Assembly: GCA_021791495.1 (NCBI GenBank) | Contig: JAJYWN010000011.1 | Coordinates: 1,015-65,014, forward strand | DNA: 64,000 bases | Source: Bacillota bacterium | Lineage (GTDB): Bacteria; Bacillota; Sulfobacillia; JAJYWN01 | Reading direction: 5' to 3' | Shown: in pieces, positions 54,084 to 63,618 of the stretch | How the letters are laid out: each line of letters opens with the position of its first letter | Position numbering within the stretch: position 1 is the first letter of the stretch | Notes under the pieces: generated by a model | Database searches by the model: none | Seen by the model: the letters and a program-made list of their open reading frames with translations, nothing else | What the model was told of the DNA's origin: nothing | Translations under genes and position numbers: made by a program

Positions 54084-55925
54084 ATGCCTCCGATCCGGGC
54101 CCGTCTCGCGTCTTTCCGGTCTCTTCGCGGCTCCACCCTGGCTTTTGGCCGTATCTTGGCCCGCATTTTGCTGGCAACCCTAGTCTACCTGTCCATCACC
54201 ACTTCACTGGTCTGGGCCGCCGGCGAGACCAGCGGCCCAGACGCAGGTCCCGCCCCCGAGACCACCGCACCTGGCGTGGCTCCGGGCGGTCTGTCTCCCG
54301 CCGTCCAGTCGCTCCTGGATTCCCTGGAGATGAGGATCCGCTATTTGGAGGAGCAGCTGTTCATCCTGAGTAGCCGGGTTGACCGCGCGGACCGCTCGGT
54401 CAAGACCGCAGCCGACAGCATCCGGCCTTCGGTGGTAGGCATTGTCGCCAGGCGCCCGGTTATCGACCAGGATGGTTATCCTTCTCTCCTCACCGTCAGC
54501 GGGTCCGGATTCGTGGCCAGGGCGGATGGAGAGATCTGGACCAACTACCACGTGATTGAGGGAGCCGCCACCATCAAGGTGATGCTGAATGACCGCCGCG
54601 TCTTCGACGCCCGCGTGCTCCACTCAGATAAGCTCTACGATCTCGCACTCCTGAAGATAGACGCTAAAGACTTACCTGTACCGCCGCTCCGGAGAATCGA
54701 CGCCGGCGCGGTCGGTGAAACCATCGGCGTGATGGGCAGCCCCGATGGCTTACAGCATTTCAACAGCGTCTCCTCGGGCGTGGTGAGCGGCGTCGGCATC
54801 GCCACCTCGGGCTTTACACCCTACATCCAGACCGACGCTCCCATCAACCCGGGCAATAGCGGCGGACCCGCCTTCGACCTGGACGGGAAAGTGGTGGGCA
54901 TCGCCTCCTGGAAGCTGGTTGGCCTCAGTGTCGAGGGGTCCGGCTTCCTTATCCCCAGCTCTACCCTGGAGGAAGCGGCCGCCCAGTTCGAAGCCCAGGG
55001 GTATGTAGTCCGCTCCTTCCTCGGGGTTTCGGTGGAGGAGTCTTGGGAGACCTCGGTGGGACTCTCTTCCGAGGAAGGGCTGGGCGTCGCTTCGGTGGTG
55101 GTGGCCTCCGCCGCCGAGAAAGCGGGCCTGAAGCCTGGCGATGCCATCCTCCAGGTCGGCGGGAAGAGTGTTTCCAGTATGTTCGAGTTGACCGAGGCCC
55201 TGAAGCTCCACCGCCCCGGCGAGTCCGTCACGCTGACGGTGCGCCCGGTGGCGGAGTCTCCGAGTCCGTCTCCGGCGCCGCATGGGCTTGCTCTCTCCCC
55301 GCTTCCTTCACCCACTACGAAGACCCTGAAGGTGACCTTACGCCAGCGTCCACCCGACAGCGGCCTCTCCGGCAGCATCCGAGAAGATGAAGGCTACGGC
55401 ACGGGCATATGGCTGGAACCCAGCGAGACCGAGGCCGATGGGGCCGCTCATTACGGGCGCTTTGGTTACAAATACCGTGACGGCTTCGACATGCTGGAGC
55501 CTTGGGTGTTCGGAGACGGCTACGCCTCCGCCACGGTGGTGACGCCTTATCTGTCTCTAGCTCTGGATTCGTACGCGGCCGAAGCAAAGGACAATCCCCT
55601 CAGGGCCGCGGACATCGAGACCGCCAGGCGAGCCGGAGCCTATCGACTCAGCGTCTTCCTGGACATCCTTGAGGATTCCGAGATTGCGCTAAAGGGCATC
55701 ACCGTGGTCCTGCAGCAGGGGGATATCACCCTAAGCCCCCTGGCCGAAGGAGCCGTGGAGATCGCCCCATCCTCCTACGCCCCGGCGCCACCCAGGGTGA
55801 AGTGGCATCGGGCTTTCACCTTCGCGGTGGACGACTTGAACCCGGATATGGGCTTCGCCGTGGTGGCAACGCTTCCTGGAGGTCGGAACATCGTCATTCC
55901 CGTGGATGTGGGGCGCATCCGCTAG
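54084..55925 (+). CDS. HtrA/DegP-like trypsin-fold serine protease with PDZ domain and ~200-aa C-terminal extension
   Basis: Catalytic His (TNYHVIEGA), Asp (DLALLKID) and Ser (GNSGGPAF). PDZ (GLKPGDAILQVGGKSV). The extra C-terminal domain is uncharacterised. Confidence 0.8.
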   Translation: MPPIRARLASFRSLRGSTLAFGRILARILLATLVYLSITTSLVWAAGETSGPDAGPAPETTAPGVAPGGLSPAVQSLLDSLEMRIRYLEEQLFILSSRVDRADRSVKTAADSIRPSVVGIVARRPVIDQDGYPSLLTVSGSGFVARADGEIWTNYHVIEGAATIKVMLNDRRVFDARVLHSDKLYDLALLKIDAKDLPVPPLRRIDAGAVGETIGVMGSPDGLQHFNSVSSGVVSGVGIATSGFTPYIQTDAPINPGNSGGPAFDLDGKVVGIASWKLVGLSVEGSGFLIPSSTLEEAAAQFEAQGYVVRSFLGVSVEESWETSVGLSSEEGLGVASVVVASAAEKAGLKPGDAILQVGGKSVSSMFELTEALKLHRPGESVTLTVRPVAESPSPSPAPHGLALSPLPSPTTKTLKVTLRQRPPDSGLSGSIREDEGYGTGIWLEPSETEADGAAHYGRFGYKYRDGFDMLEPWVFGDGYASATVVTPYLSLALDSYAAEAKDNPLRAADIETARRAGAYRLSVFLDILEDSEIALKGITVVLQQGDITLSPLAEGAVEIAPSSYAPAPPRVKWHRAFTFAVDDLNPDMGFAVVATLPGGRNIVIPVDVGRIR

Positions 55926-56051
55926 GGCCTGGTAGCCTGTGGCTTAGTGCATAGCTCCGCTGGTCGCAGGTGTTGCCCCGGCCGCCAGCGAAATCCTAGC
56001 GCAGTCGTACCGTACGTTTCCCACGGTTTCCTCAGAAATGGGGGCGGGGCG

Positions 56052-56489
56052 GTGCCGCCCGTGGTGGTCGATAGTCTACTAATAGCTGGATTCGTGGCCG
56101 TCATCCTCTTTTGGTGCTGGGCCGAGTTCGTCTTCGACCGCGCGGTCAAACCTTTCCTCATTCAGGACCCCCTCCACCCCTCCAAGCCGTCCCTGCAGGG
56201 CTTCCGGCGCCCCACCACGATGATGGCCCGGTTATGGATGCGCTCCGCCTATGCGAAAGAAGACTTCTTCTCCTGGGAGGAGAAGATGGCCGTGGTACGC
56301 CGTCACCGCACTACCAGTCTGGTCTGCGCCGGCATCATCGTCCTCATCCTCATCCTCGGTTTTCGCCAGGCGATGCTGGAGGACAAGACGTGGTTCCCCC
56401 GCACCTCCGAAGAGGCCGCACCGGTCGCCGCCGCGGTCGACCCGGCGACCCGGGGGATCTCAATGAGGAGGGATCCGTGCCATGGTTGA
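56052..56489 (+). CDS. hypothetical 2-TM membrane protein
   Basis: The ORF-track N-terminus has no RBS; an internal GTG at 56052 precedes the TM helix LLIAGFVAVILFWCW. Overlaps the next gene by 8 nt. Confidence 0.4.
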   Translation: MPPVVVDSLLIAGFVAVILFWCWAEFVFDRAVKPFLIQDPLHPSKPSLQGFRRPTTMMARLWMRSAYAKEDFFSWEEKMAVVRRHRTTSLVCAGIIVLILILGFRQAMLEDKTWFPRTSEEAAPVAAAVDPATRGISMRRDPCHG

Positions 56490-57600
56490 GGTCCGCCTGG
56501 ACGACCGGCTCCGGCTCCTTTCGGCCATGCTCCTATTCACTGCCCAGGGTTCCCATCAGACGCACTTCGCTCCCCACCCGATCCGAATCCGCACCCTCGA
56601 GTGGCTTGCGCCCCATAGCGGACACTCGTCTCTGCGTATCTTCCGCCGGCTGGCGGAGAGAGTCTTCATTTCTTTCTTCTACTCCTTGGGTGTCCAACTG
56701 GGCGCGGCGCCTGACTTCGCCCCGCCGGATGAGGCCGTCCTGGAACCAGACATAATGACTCACCTCGAACGGGTCGCCAAGGATAGCGGATGCTCTTCTA
56801 CGTACCTGCTTAACGAGTTGTCCGAGTCCATGGGCGATTTCTACTCGGCCGGCCGTCTCCCGGCCTTGTGGTCCGCCACGTCCGCCGCCTGGGATAGCGT
56901 GCGCGCCGGCGCCGTCCGGGCCGTGGATTCCTGTGGTCTCGCAACCTGGCTGAAGAGCTTCTTCGGTCCCGTCAATTTCCGGCTGGTGGTGGTCCCCCTG
57001 GCTACCAGTCCCCCCAGCATGGGCTTTGGCCCGCGGAACAGCTCTGAAGGATACGCCATTATCGGTCCAAACTGTGTTTCGCGGCCTGGGAGCGAGGCGG
57101 GGCTCTGGCAAGGGCTGGTTAGGGGACGCGGCGAAGTGGTTGCCTCAAAGACCTCAAAGACCTGGGTGGAAGAACCGTTCGACTATGCGTTGTCCTTCGA
57201 TGCCAGTACCCAGACCATGATGGTCCACGAGTTTTCGCACAGCCTCATCCGGGAGTTCTTCGGGCGGAACCCAGACCTTGCCCACGTGACTTCGGCCATC
57301 AATGCCAAGTTGCCACTGAGAGGATACTTCCCCAACATGTATCCCGAATGGCCGCTCCGGCTCGAAGAGATCATTGTTCGGGCAGTTCAGACCCTTTTTC
57401 AGTCCGACCACGGCGGAGAGGCGGCCGGCCGGCGCGCCCTCGAAGCTCAGGTGAGCGAGTTCGGCCTCGAGGTATTGCCCGAAGTCCACCGAGCCCTTGC
57501 TGACTATGCGCGGGCGAAGAAGGCCGGGGATTACGGTAACCTTTCGGAGTTCGGTCCGGAGCTTGAGAAGCGGTTGCTGGCCTGGGCCGAGAAGAGCTAG
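56482..57600 (+). CDS. hypothetical protein with HExxH zinc-metallopeptidase-like motif
   Basis: MMVHEFSHSLIREFF; 372 aa with no signal peptide. The family is uncertain. Confidence 0.5.
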   Translation: MVEVRLDDRLRLLSAMLLFTAQGSHQTHFAPHPIRIRTLEWLAPHSGHSSLRIFRRLAERVFISFFYSLGVQLGAAPDFAPPDEAVLEPDIMTHLERVAKDSGCSSTYLLNELSESMGDFYSAGRLPALWSATSAAWDSVRAGAVRAVDSCGLATWLKSFFGPVNFRLVVVPLATSPPSMGFGPRNSSEGYAIIGPNCVSRPGSEAGLWQGLVRGRGEVVASKTSKTWVEEPFDYALSFDASTQTMMVHEFSHSLIREFFGRNPDLAHVTSAINAKLPLRGYFPNMYPEWPLRLEEIIVRAVQTLFQSDHGGEAAGRRALEAQVSEFGLEVLPEVHRALADYARAKKAGDYGNLSEFGPELEKRLLAWAEKS

Positions 57601-57630
57601 GACACGCTAGAGACAGGGACAAGATCAGAG

Positions 57631-59274
57631 TTAGCCGACCCGTAGCCAAAACGTCTTCAGGTAGGCCGGTTCCCGTCGCGACGGTGGGAAATCCGGAGAC
57701 TGGCTGGCGAAGAAACTCCGCTCTATGGTGCGCCCCGCTCGGGCCGCGGCCGTCTCCATGGTGACCGCGAAACGCTCCGGGGAAATTCGCGCCGCGTTGG
57801 TGGAGGCAAAAAGCACTCCACCCTTCTTAACCAAAGGCAGGGCCGCATCTACCAGGGCGTCGTAGTCCTTCTCGGCCCGGAAGGCCCCTCCCGGTTTCGA
57901 CGTCGAGAAAGTTGGCGGGTCCAGGAGGACCACATCGTACTGGCGCCCCTTGTGGGCCAGCCGACGCATCCAGTCGAAGGCGTCGCCGTAGATGAAATCG
58001 TGGTCTCTTGGATCCAGCCCGTTCAGCACGAAGTTCCGCCTCCCCCATTCGAGGTACTTCCTGGACAGGTCGAGGCTGGTGGTTTTGGCACCCGCCTTAG
58101 CTGCGCAGACTGAAAACCCGCAGGTATAAGCGAAGACGTTTAGGACTTCGGCGCCTATGGGAGTGCCGGAGAAAGGGCGGAATCCCGGTCCCACGTAGTC
58201 CACCGAAAGCCGCCGGCGGTTATCGCGTTGGTCCAGGAACAGCCCGGTCGAATAACCTTCCTCGAAACTCAAAGCATAGAGGACACCGTTCTCGCGGACC
58301 ACGAATTCCGGAGGGGCGGCTTGTCCCCGGACCAGCGCCGGCGACGCTTCCGAAGGCGAAACGTTCCTCACCGCCGTGGTCAGAGTCTTGTGATAGGTCC
58401 CTTTGGCTCCGGCGGTCGACGCCAGTGTTTCCAAGTGCTTGACCCGGTCACCGGACAGCGGCTCTCCGGCTTGGGACATCAGGTACGCGCCCAACCGGTC
58501 CACCGACCATCCCGGCCAGCCGTCGGCTGCCCCGTTCAGCATGCGGTAAGCGTCGGTATCCTCCCGGTCCACCACCGCCCGCCGCAAGCCCTCCGCAGGG
58601 TCAGCCGCGAAGTCGGTCTCGGTTCGTATCTCCATGGGTTCTCCGGTAGCCGGATGGACGAAACGCAATCCTGCCGCATGCAGGCAGAGCCGGGGCGCGG
58701 CGGCACCGCCGTAGAGGGAGTCACCCAGGACCGGACACCCGCTGGCCGCCGCGTGGACGCGGATCTGGTGGGTGCGGCCGGTTTCAGGACGGGCCTGGAC
58801 CAACGTAACGCGGGATCCGCCGGGTGAGCCACCGCGCGCCAGAGCAGCGTCGACCCGCTCGCCCACCTTTTGGAAACGGGTTACAGCCACCTGGGCACCT
58901 TTCGGCTGTGGCGGCACCTTTCCCTCGGGGAACTCCCGATACCGGTCGCCTTTCCTGCCGATCAAGGACCGGCGGACCCAATCGTTCTCCGGCACAGGGC
59001 GGTCGGTGAGGAACTCGTAGGTCTTCCCCACCCCTCGCTCCGCGAACTGGCGCGACAGGCTCTGGCGGGCGCGCGGCGACTTGGCGAAGAGGAGGATGCC
59101 CGAGGTCTCCTTGTCCAGACGGTGCATGATAGTGAGATCGGCCCACCTCGGCTCGCGCGCCCTCAACCATTCGTAGACACCCGCCGGCGCATAAGGGTCC
59201 GGGACATGGGTATTCCAACCCGCCGGCTTGTCGACAGCCAGTACGTCTTCGTCCTCATACAGGATCATCGTCAC
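57631..59274 (-). CDS. bifunctional RNA-modification enzyme: RluA-family pseudouridine synthase fused to RlmI-like SAM-dependent methyltransferase
   Basis: N-terminus: LAVDKPAG...HRLDKETSGILLFAK (RluA motif II) and RTHQIRVH. C-terminus: FAYTCGFSV and LDPPTFS blocks match RlmI/YccW. Confidence 0.75.
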   Translation of the reverse strand: MTMILYEDEDVLAVDKPAGWNTHVPDPYAPAGVYEWLRAREPRWADLTIMHRLDKETSGILLFAKSPRARQSLSRQFAERGVGKTYEFLTDRPVPENDWVRRSLIGRKGDRYREFPEGKVPPQPKGAQVAVTRFQKVGERVDAALARGGSPGGSRVTLVQARPETGRTHQIRVHAAASGCPVLGDSLYGGAAAPRLCLHAAGLRFVHPATGEPMEIRTETDFAADPAEGLRRAVVDREDTDAYRMLNGAADGWPGWSVDRLGAYLMSQAGEPLSGDRVKHLETLASTAGAKGTYHKTLTTAVRNVSPSEASPALVRGQAAPPEFVVRENGVLYALSFEEGYSTGLFLDQRDNRRRLSVDYVGPGFRPFSGTPIGAEVLNVFAYTCGFSVCAAKAGAKTTSLDLSRKYLEWGRRNFVLNGLDPRDHDFIYGDAFDWMRRLAHKGRQYDVVLLDPPTFSTSKPGGAFRAEKDYDALVDAALPLVKKGGVLFASTNAARISPERFAVTMETAAARAGRTIERSFFASQSPDFPPSRREPAYLKTFWLRVG

Positions 59275-59320
59275 GGGGACAGGAACGCCTCCCCAGGTCT
59301 ACACACGCTTCTCCCGACCT

Positions 59321-59761
59321 CTATACGGATCTCTCTATCAAGCTAACCGCGAAGCGGTAGCCGGCTCGTTCCGCCAGGCCCTGAACGGTATGGCGGACGG
59401 CTCCGAAATCGAAGGTGTAAGAGTATTCCTTCCCAAACAGGACCGATTGCTCGGCCACCGTCCCCGTGCGCTCCTTCCCCTTGATCCGGTAGCTCTCAGT
59501 CTTCACCCCGAAACCGGGACCGAAGCCATCCCCGGCGGCACTGGAGAGGCCCGCCCCACTCTCCTTCAGCACCTCGAAGAAACGGACCTCCTTCTTCTCC
59601 TCGTCCACCCGCAGCCTGGCCCGGTAGGTCAGGGTCTTCCGGGAGAGAAAGGCCTTCCGCTCGGCCACCTTGGTGTCCAGAAGCAGAGAGCCGTCCTTCT
59701 GGACCTGAAAGGGGGCGGGCGTGGACCGGAATGATTCCTGGATGGTCTCTAACAGTGGCAT
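59321..59761 (-). CDS. hypothetical protein
   Basis: ATG at 59761 with GGAGG 8 nt upstream; 146 aa with no recognisable motif. Confidence 0.5.
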   Translation of the reverse strand: MPLLETIQESFRSTPAPFQVQKDGSLLLDTKVAERKAFLSRKTLTYRARLRVDEEKKEVRFFEVLKESGAGLSSAAGDGFGPGFGVKTESYRIKGKERTGTVAEQSVLFGKEYSYTFDFGAVRHTVQGLAERAGYRFAVSLIERSV

Positions 59762-59938
59762 TGGCCGCACCTCCGCGTGTCATCAAAATTACCTGGACAG
59801 GCCCCGTCAAACCTCATTGCCAAGACCCCATAGGCAATGGTAACATGAGACAGCAATCTTGGCATTATCACCCAACCGGAATCAGCTATATGACGTTCAC
59901 GTAACCCCTAAGGGTGACCCCACAAAAGGGGGGCGGCA

Positions 59939-61372
59939 GTGGACAAACAGGCGACCGCGCGAGGGTGTTACGCTCTTCTTCTCGGGCTCTTCTTCGGCTG
60001 GCTCCTCTCTTTTCCGATGTACGGCCCGGTCATGGGAGCCATGGCCGGAGCCCGGGACGTGGAACCAGGCTCGATAGTGACCACCTTCCTGATCACTCAT
60101 GCCGCCGGTCTCTTCGGGTTCGGGTTCCTGGGTTCCAGGCTACCGCTAACGTGGCCGTGGTTCGTCTATGGTTCCCTGGCCTGTCTGGTCCTGACCCTTT
60201 CTTTCGCGGCCTTGCCCCCGTCCTGGTGGTCTCCGGCCATGGGCCTTCTGGGCCTCTTTGCCTCGCTCCCAGTTATCGTCTGGACCAGATACTTCGCGGA
60301 TTCAGCCCCCTATGCTTGGAGAGGCCGGACCATCGCTGTGGCGCAGATCGGCGCCAACCTGCTCCTAATCTTGGTAGGGCTGGCCTTGGGCTACGTGCCT
60401 CCCGTGGCCATGCTGGTAATCAGCGCGGCCTTTCTCATCTTAGCCGCCGCCAGCGCAGTGTACCTCCTCCGGCGACCGGGCGGCCTGCCATCAGCCGGGC
60501 TGTCTCCTGTCCCACCGGCGGCGCATGAGGCTGAGGCGGCGCCACCTTTGCCGCTTTGGCAGCTCATCTGCCTCATCATCTTCTTCTTCTTCGGGGCCGG
60601 CCTGGTGAACCAGGTCGTCTATCCGGCCCAATCCGGGATCGCGACCTTGCCTACGGCCTTGGGCCTCCTCGCTTACATCGTCTTTGACGCCCTTAGTGGA
60701 TATGCGGCCGACAGAGTCGACCGCCGCCACGTTGCGGTAGGCGGACTGGTGGTTCTGGGCCTCTCGCTCTTCATCGGAGCTTCTCTAAGTACCGCCTTCG
60801 GCTTGCACGCCGCCCAATTCCTCGTCCAAGCCGCTTACGCCCCCATGGATGTCTTTCTATGGGTGACCTTGGCAGATATCGCCCCGAGAGCCAAACCAAC
60901 CGTCTACTTCGGCCTCGGCCTAGGCTTGAACGTTTTCACTATTTACGCTGGCTCCCTTGCCGTCGGGCGCCTGGCATCCATGTTCCCTGGTAGCAGTGGC
61001 GCTCTCATTGCCGGCGCGGCCCTCTTTCTTGCCGTTCCCCTGGTCGCCTTGGCTCCGGTCCGGATTTCGCCCCTGCGAGCTGTCGCGCCGGTCGCGCACG
61101 GTGAGACGTCGGTCCTGGCGTCCTTCGGCCTCACCTATCGTGAGCGGGAGATCGCCCTCCTCCTCCTCGACGGTGCCAGCAACGATGACATCGTCGCGCG
61201 GCTCTCCATCTCGCCCAACACTTTGAAGACACACCTGCGGCATATCTACCAGAAGACAGAGACCGGCAACCGCCGGGAGCTGATTCTGAAGGTCACCCGG
61301 CGGAGCGAACCCGCGGCGGCGCCGAAGAGCGTGCCGAAAGGTGCGCCCAAAAGCGGGACTAAGGCCGGTTAG
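59939..61372 (+). CDS. polytopic membrane protein (MFS-like, ~12 TM) fused to a C-terminal LuxR/FixJ-type HTH domain
   Basis: About 400 aa of TM helices, then LTYREREIALLLLDGASNDDIVARLSISPNTLKTHLRHIYQKT (GerE/LuxR HTH) and a Lys/Pro tail. Confidence 0.75.
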   Translation: MDKQATARGCYALLLGLFFGWLLSFPMYGPVMGAMAGARDVEPGSIVTTFLITHAAGLFGFGFLGSRLPLTWPWFVYGSLACLVLTLSFAALPPSWWSPAMGLLGLFASLPVIVWTRYFADSAPYAWRGRTIAVAQIGANLLLILVGLALGYVPPVAMLVISAAFLILAAASAVYLLRRPGGLPSAGLSPVPPAAHEAEAAPPLPLWQLICLIIFFFFGAGLVNQVVYPAQSGIATLPTALGLLAYIVFDALSGYAADRVDRRHVAVGGLVVLGLSLFIGASLSTAFGLHAAQFLVQAAYAPMDVFLWVTLADIAPRAKPTVYFGLGLGLNVFTIYAGSLAVGRLASMFPGSSGALIAGAALFLAVPLVALAPVRISPLRAVAPVAHGETSVLASFGLTYREREIALLLLDGASNDDIVARLSISPNTLKTHLRHIYQKTETGNRRELILKVTRRSEPAAAPKSVPKGAPKSGTKAG

Positions 61373-61385
61373 TTCCAGCCTGGTT

Positions 61386-63446
61386 TCAGGGTCGGATCGT
61401 TATCTCGTAGTTCACTCCGTCCCAATCCACCTTCGCCTCCAGAGCGTTGGCCACGAAACGCAGGGGAACGACGGTCCGGTCATTCACGATGGTCGGGGGC
61501 ACATCGAGGACAGATGACTGTCCGTTGACCAGAGCATCCTTGCGCCCCACCCATAGGACCACTACTTTCGTCCCTTTAGTGTAGGTCACACGCCGTTCGG
61601 TGCCCTCCCACTGAATGTCGGCCCCAAGGTTCTCCCCAATGAAACGCAGCGGGACCAGAGTGCGGCCATTCTCGATGAACGGCGCCAGGGGGAGACTCAC
61701 TTCCTGGCCTTTCACTTTGGCGATCGGGTGGTTGATTTTCAGCCAGATGACCATTTCCCCCTGGGCTGTAGCGGAGAGGAAGACCGGCGTACCCTTGCCG
61801 CCGCCGGGGTAGGTCGGGACGACCTTGTAGTAGTAGGTCCGTCCGGCCTCGAGGCCGGTGTCCTTGTACTGGGTTCCCGTCAGCGGGAAATCGGTCAGGG
61901 GGGAGTTGTCATCGAAGACGCCCTGGATCGTGGAGCGGTAAACATAGTACCCGTAAGCCGACTGCCCCGCGGCGTCCTTGGAGGTGGAAGCGTTCCAGGT
62001 CAGGTCCACCGACCCTTCCGAGCCTCCGGTCGTCCCGCCGGTCGCGCTCCCCCCGGCAGCCCCGCCGGCGCTCCCTGTCGAGCCGGATCCCGGTGCCCCG
62101 CCCGTGGTCGCGTAGGCGACGGTGGCCAAGAAGAGGTCTTGTGCTTTTCCGTCAGGGCTGACCAGGGAGAGGAGGAGCTTCCGCCCGTCGGAGGAGCCGA
62201 AGCGGTAATCGGAATCGGAGTTGATGGACGGCACCCCGAAGTTCCAGCTGGCGGGAAGGCCCTTTTCGCCGGGCTTCAGGAGTACGGTGATCCCATCGCG
62301 GCGCGAAAGGGAGACTTCCTGAACGCCGGTGGCCCATACAGGATGTAGAAGAATACCCGGCTGGTCATCCCAAAAGGCGTTGTCAAACCAGCCGTCGGGG
62401 TCCTGAAACTCGATCTTCTCACCGCCGGCAGACGGGAAGAAGGCCGCGGAATTATAGCCTTCGCGAGCAAAGAAGTATTTTCCGCTATCCACCAACTGAT
62501 AATTGCAGCCAATAAGCTCGGGGGCCATCAGGGCCGGCGTTCCGCCCCCGAGAGGGACGGTGTAGTAGGCACTGCCGACATCGGGAATGCGGTAGGCGAC
62601 GAAGGCCGCGTAGGCGCCGTCGACGATGCTTCTCCCGATGGCGTACGGGTGACCGGCTACGGAGACGACTCTGGTGTTCGGGTCTTTCGCCGTATACCCC
62701 GCCAGTCTCGACGCCTGACCCGAAGCTATGTCATAGACCACCACTGCTTCGGCTCCGGAGTAATCCCCCTCTCCGGTGGCCTCGATAGTATAGACCAGTT
62801 TCGTGCCGTCTCCGGTCAGGTCCCAGCCCATGCGGTCCAGGTTCACCGTGTAGTTGCCGGCGGGGACACCCATCCCACTCGGTACTTTCAGGGGAATGAA
62901 CCTGATGCTCCCACTGGCCACATCGACGATCCCAAATCCTTCGTCGTATCCACCGGAATAGTTCTCCAGCATTTGGAGGACCATGGTGGACCCGTCGGCC
63001 GAGAACCTTATCTTCTGCGCGCCCAGGGTCACCTGGTAATTGAGGTCGTCCGCCCGGTAGCGCGGCCCCCGGACGCTGGTCGCCGGACGGGACACCCCTT
63101 GGCGAAGTATCTCTTTAACCCACGAACCATCGGTAGCCGCAGCCTTCACGATGGTGTAGTTATAGCCCGGCTGTTCCGGGATGGGCGCTTCTTCGATCCA
63201 GGCTACCCGGGAGCCGTCACGGCTGATCTGTATTCCCCATTTCAGGGTCCCGGAGTTGGTGATGCGGTTCACGCTGACCGTCGGGGAAGAGGCCGGAGCC
63301 GCCTGGGATGCGGCCGGCCACAACAGACTGGTTAGTAGAACGATTGCCAGAACCAGCCCTAACGCCCTCGGAAGCGGGAGATGCGGCGCCGGACGGAAGA
63401 GCCCGCCAAGCCGCGCGCAGCCGGTAACGGAAGTTCTAGGCAACAA
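61386..63446 (-). CDS. large secreted protein: beta-propeller (TolB-like) repeats + fibronectin type III domain + C-terminal copper-amine-oxidase N-domain-like repeats
   Basis: Signal peptide. FN3-like segment (VDLTWNASTS...YYYKVVPTY). Two C-terminal repeats (NGRTLVPLRFIGENLGADIQWEG / NDRTVVPLRFVANALEAKVDWDG), which is the Cu_amine_oxidN1 pattern. Confidence 0.7.
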   Translation of the reverse strand: MLPRTSVTGCARLGGLFRPAPHLPLPRALGLVLAIVLLTSLLWPAASQAAPASSPTVSVNRITNSGTLKWGIQISRDGSRVAWIEEAPIPEQPGYNYTIVKAAATDGSWVKEILRQGVSRPATSVRGPRYRADDLNYQVTLGAQKIRFSADGSTMVLQMLENYSGGYDEGFGIVDVASGSIRFIPLKVPSGMGVPAGNYTVNLDRMGWDLTGDGTKLVYTIEATGEGDYSGAEAVVVYDIASGQASRLAGYTAKDPNTRVVSVAGHPYAIGRSIVDGAYAAFVAYRIPDVGSAYYTVPLGGGTPALMAPELIGCNYQLVDSGKYFFAREGYNSAAFFPSAGGEKIEFQDPDGWFDNAFWDDQPGILLHPVWATGVQEVSLSRRDGITVLLKPGEKGLPASWNFGVPSINSDSDYRFGSSDGRKLLLSLVSPDGKAQDLFLATVAYATTGGAPGSGSTGSAGGAAGGSATGGTTGGSEGSVDLTWNASTSKDAAGQSAYGYYVYRSTIQGVFDDNSPLTDFPLTGTQYKDTGLEAGRTYYYKVVPTYPGGGKGTPVFLSATAQGEMVIWLKINHPIAKVKGQEVSLPLAPFIENGRTLVPLRFIGENLGADIQWEGTERRVTYTKGTKVVVLWVGRKDALVNGQSSVLDVPPTIVNDRTVVPLRFVANALEAKVDWDGVNYEITIRP

Positions 63447-63618
63447 CCATTCCCCCCAACTTGGTGGATACAGCTATTTCTACCGCATAGTCGGAGGGGG
63501 GAAAATCACCCGCAGGGGTGATTGCGAGGGGAAGGATCGGGCTCTTGCAGAGGTGAGACCGGGGTGAGGAGTCTCACCCCGCCTCCGCTGCAACTCTTCC
63601 GGGGTTTTCTCTGTGTCG

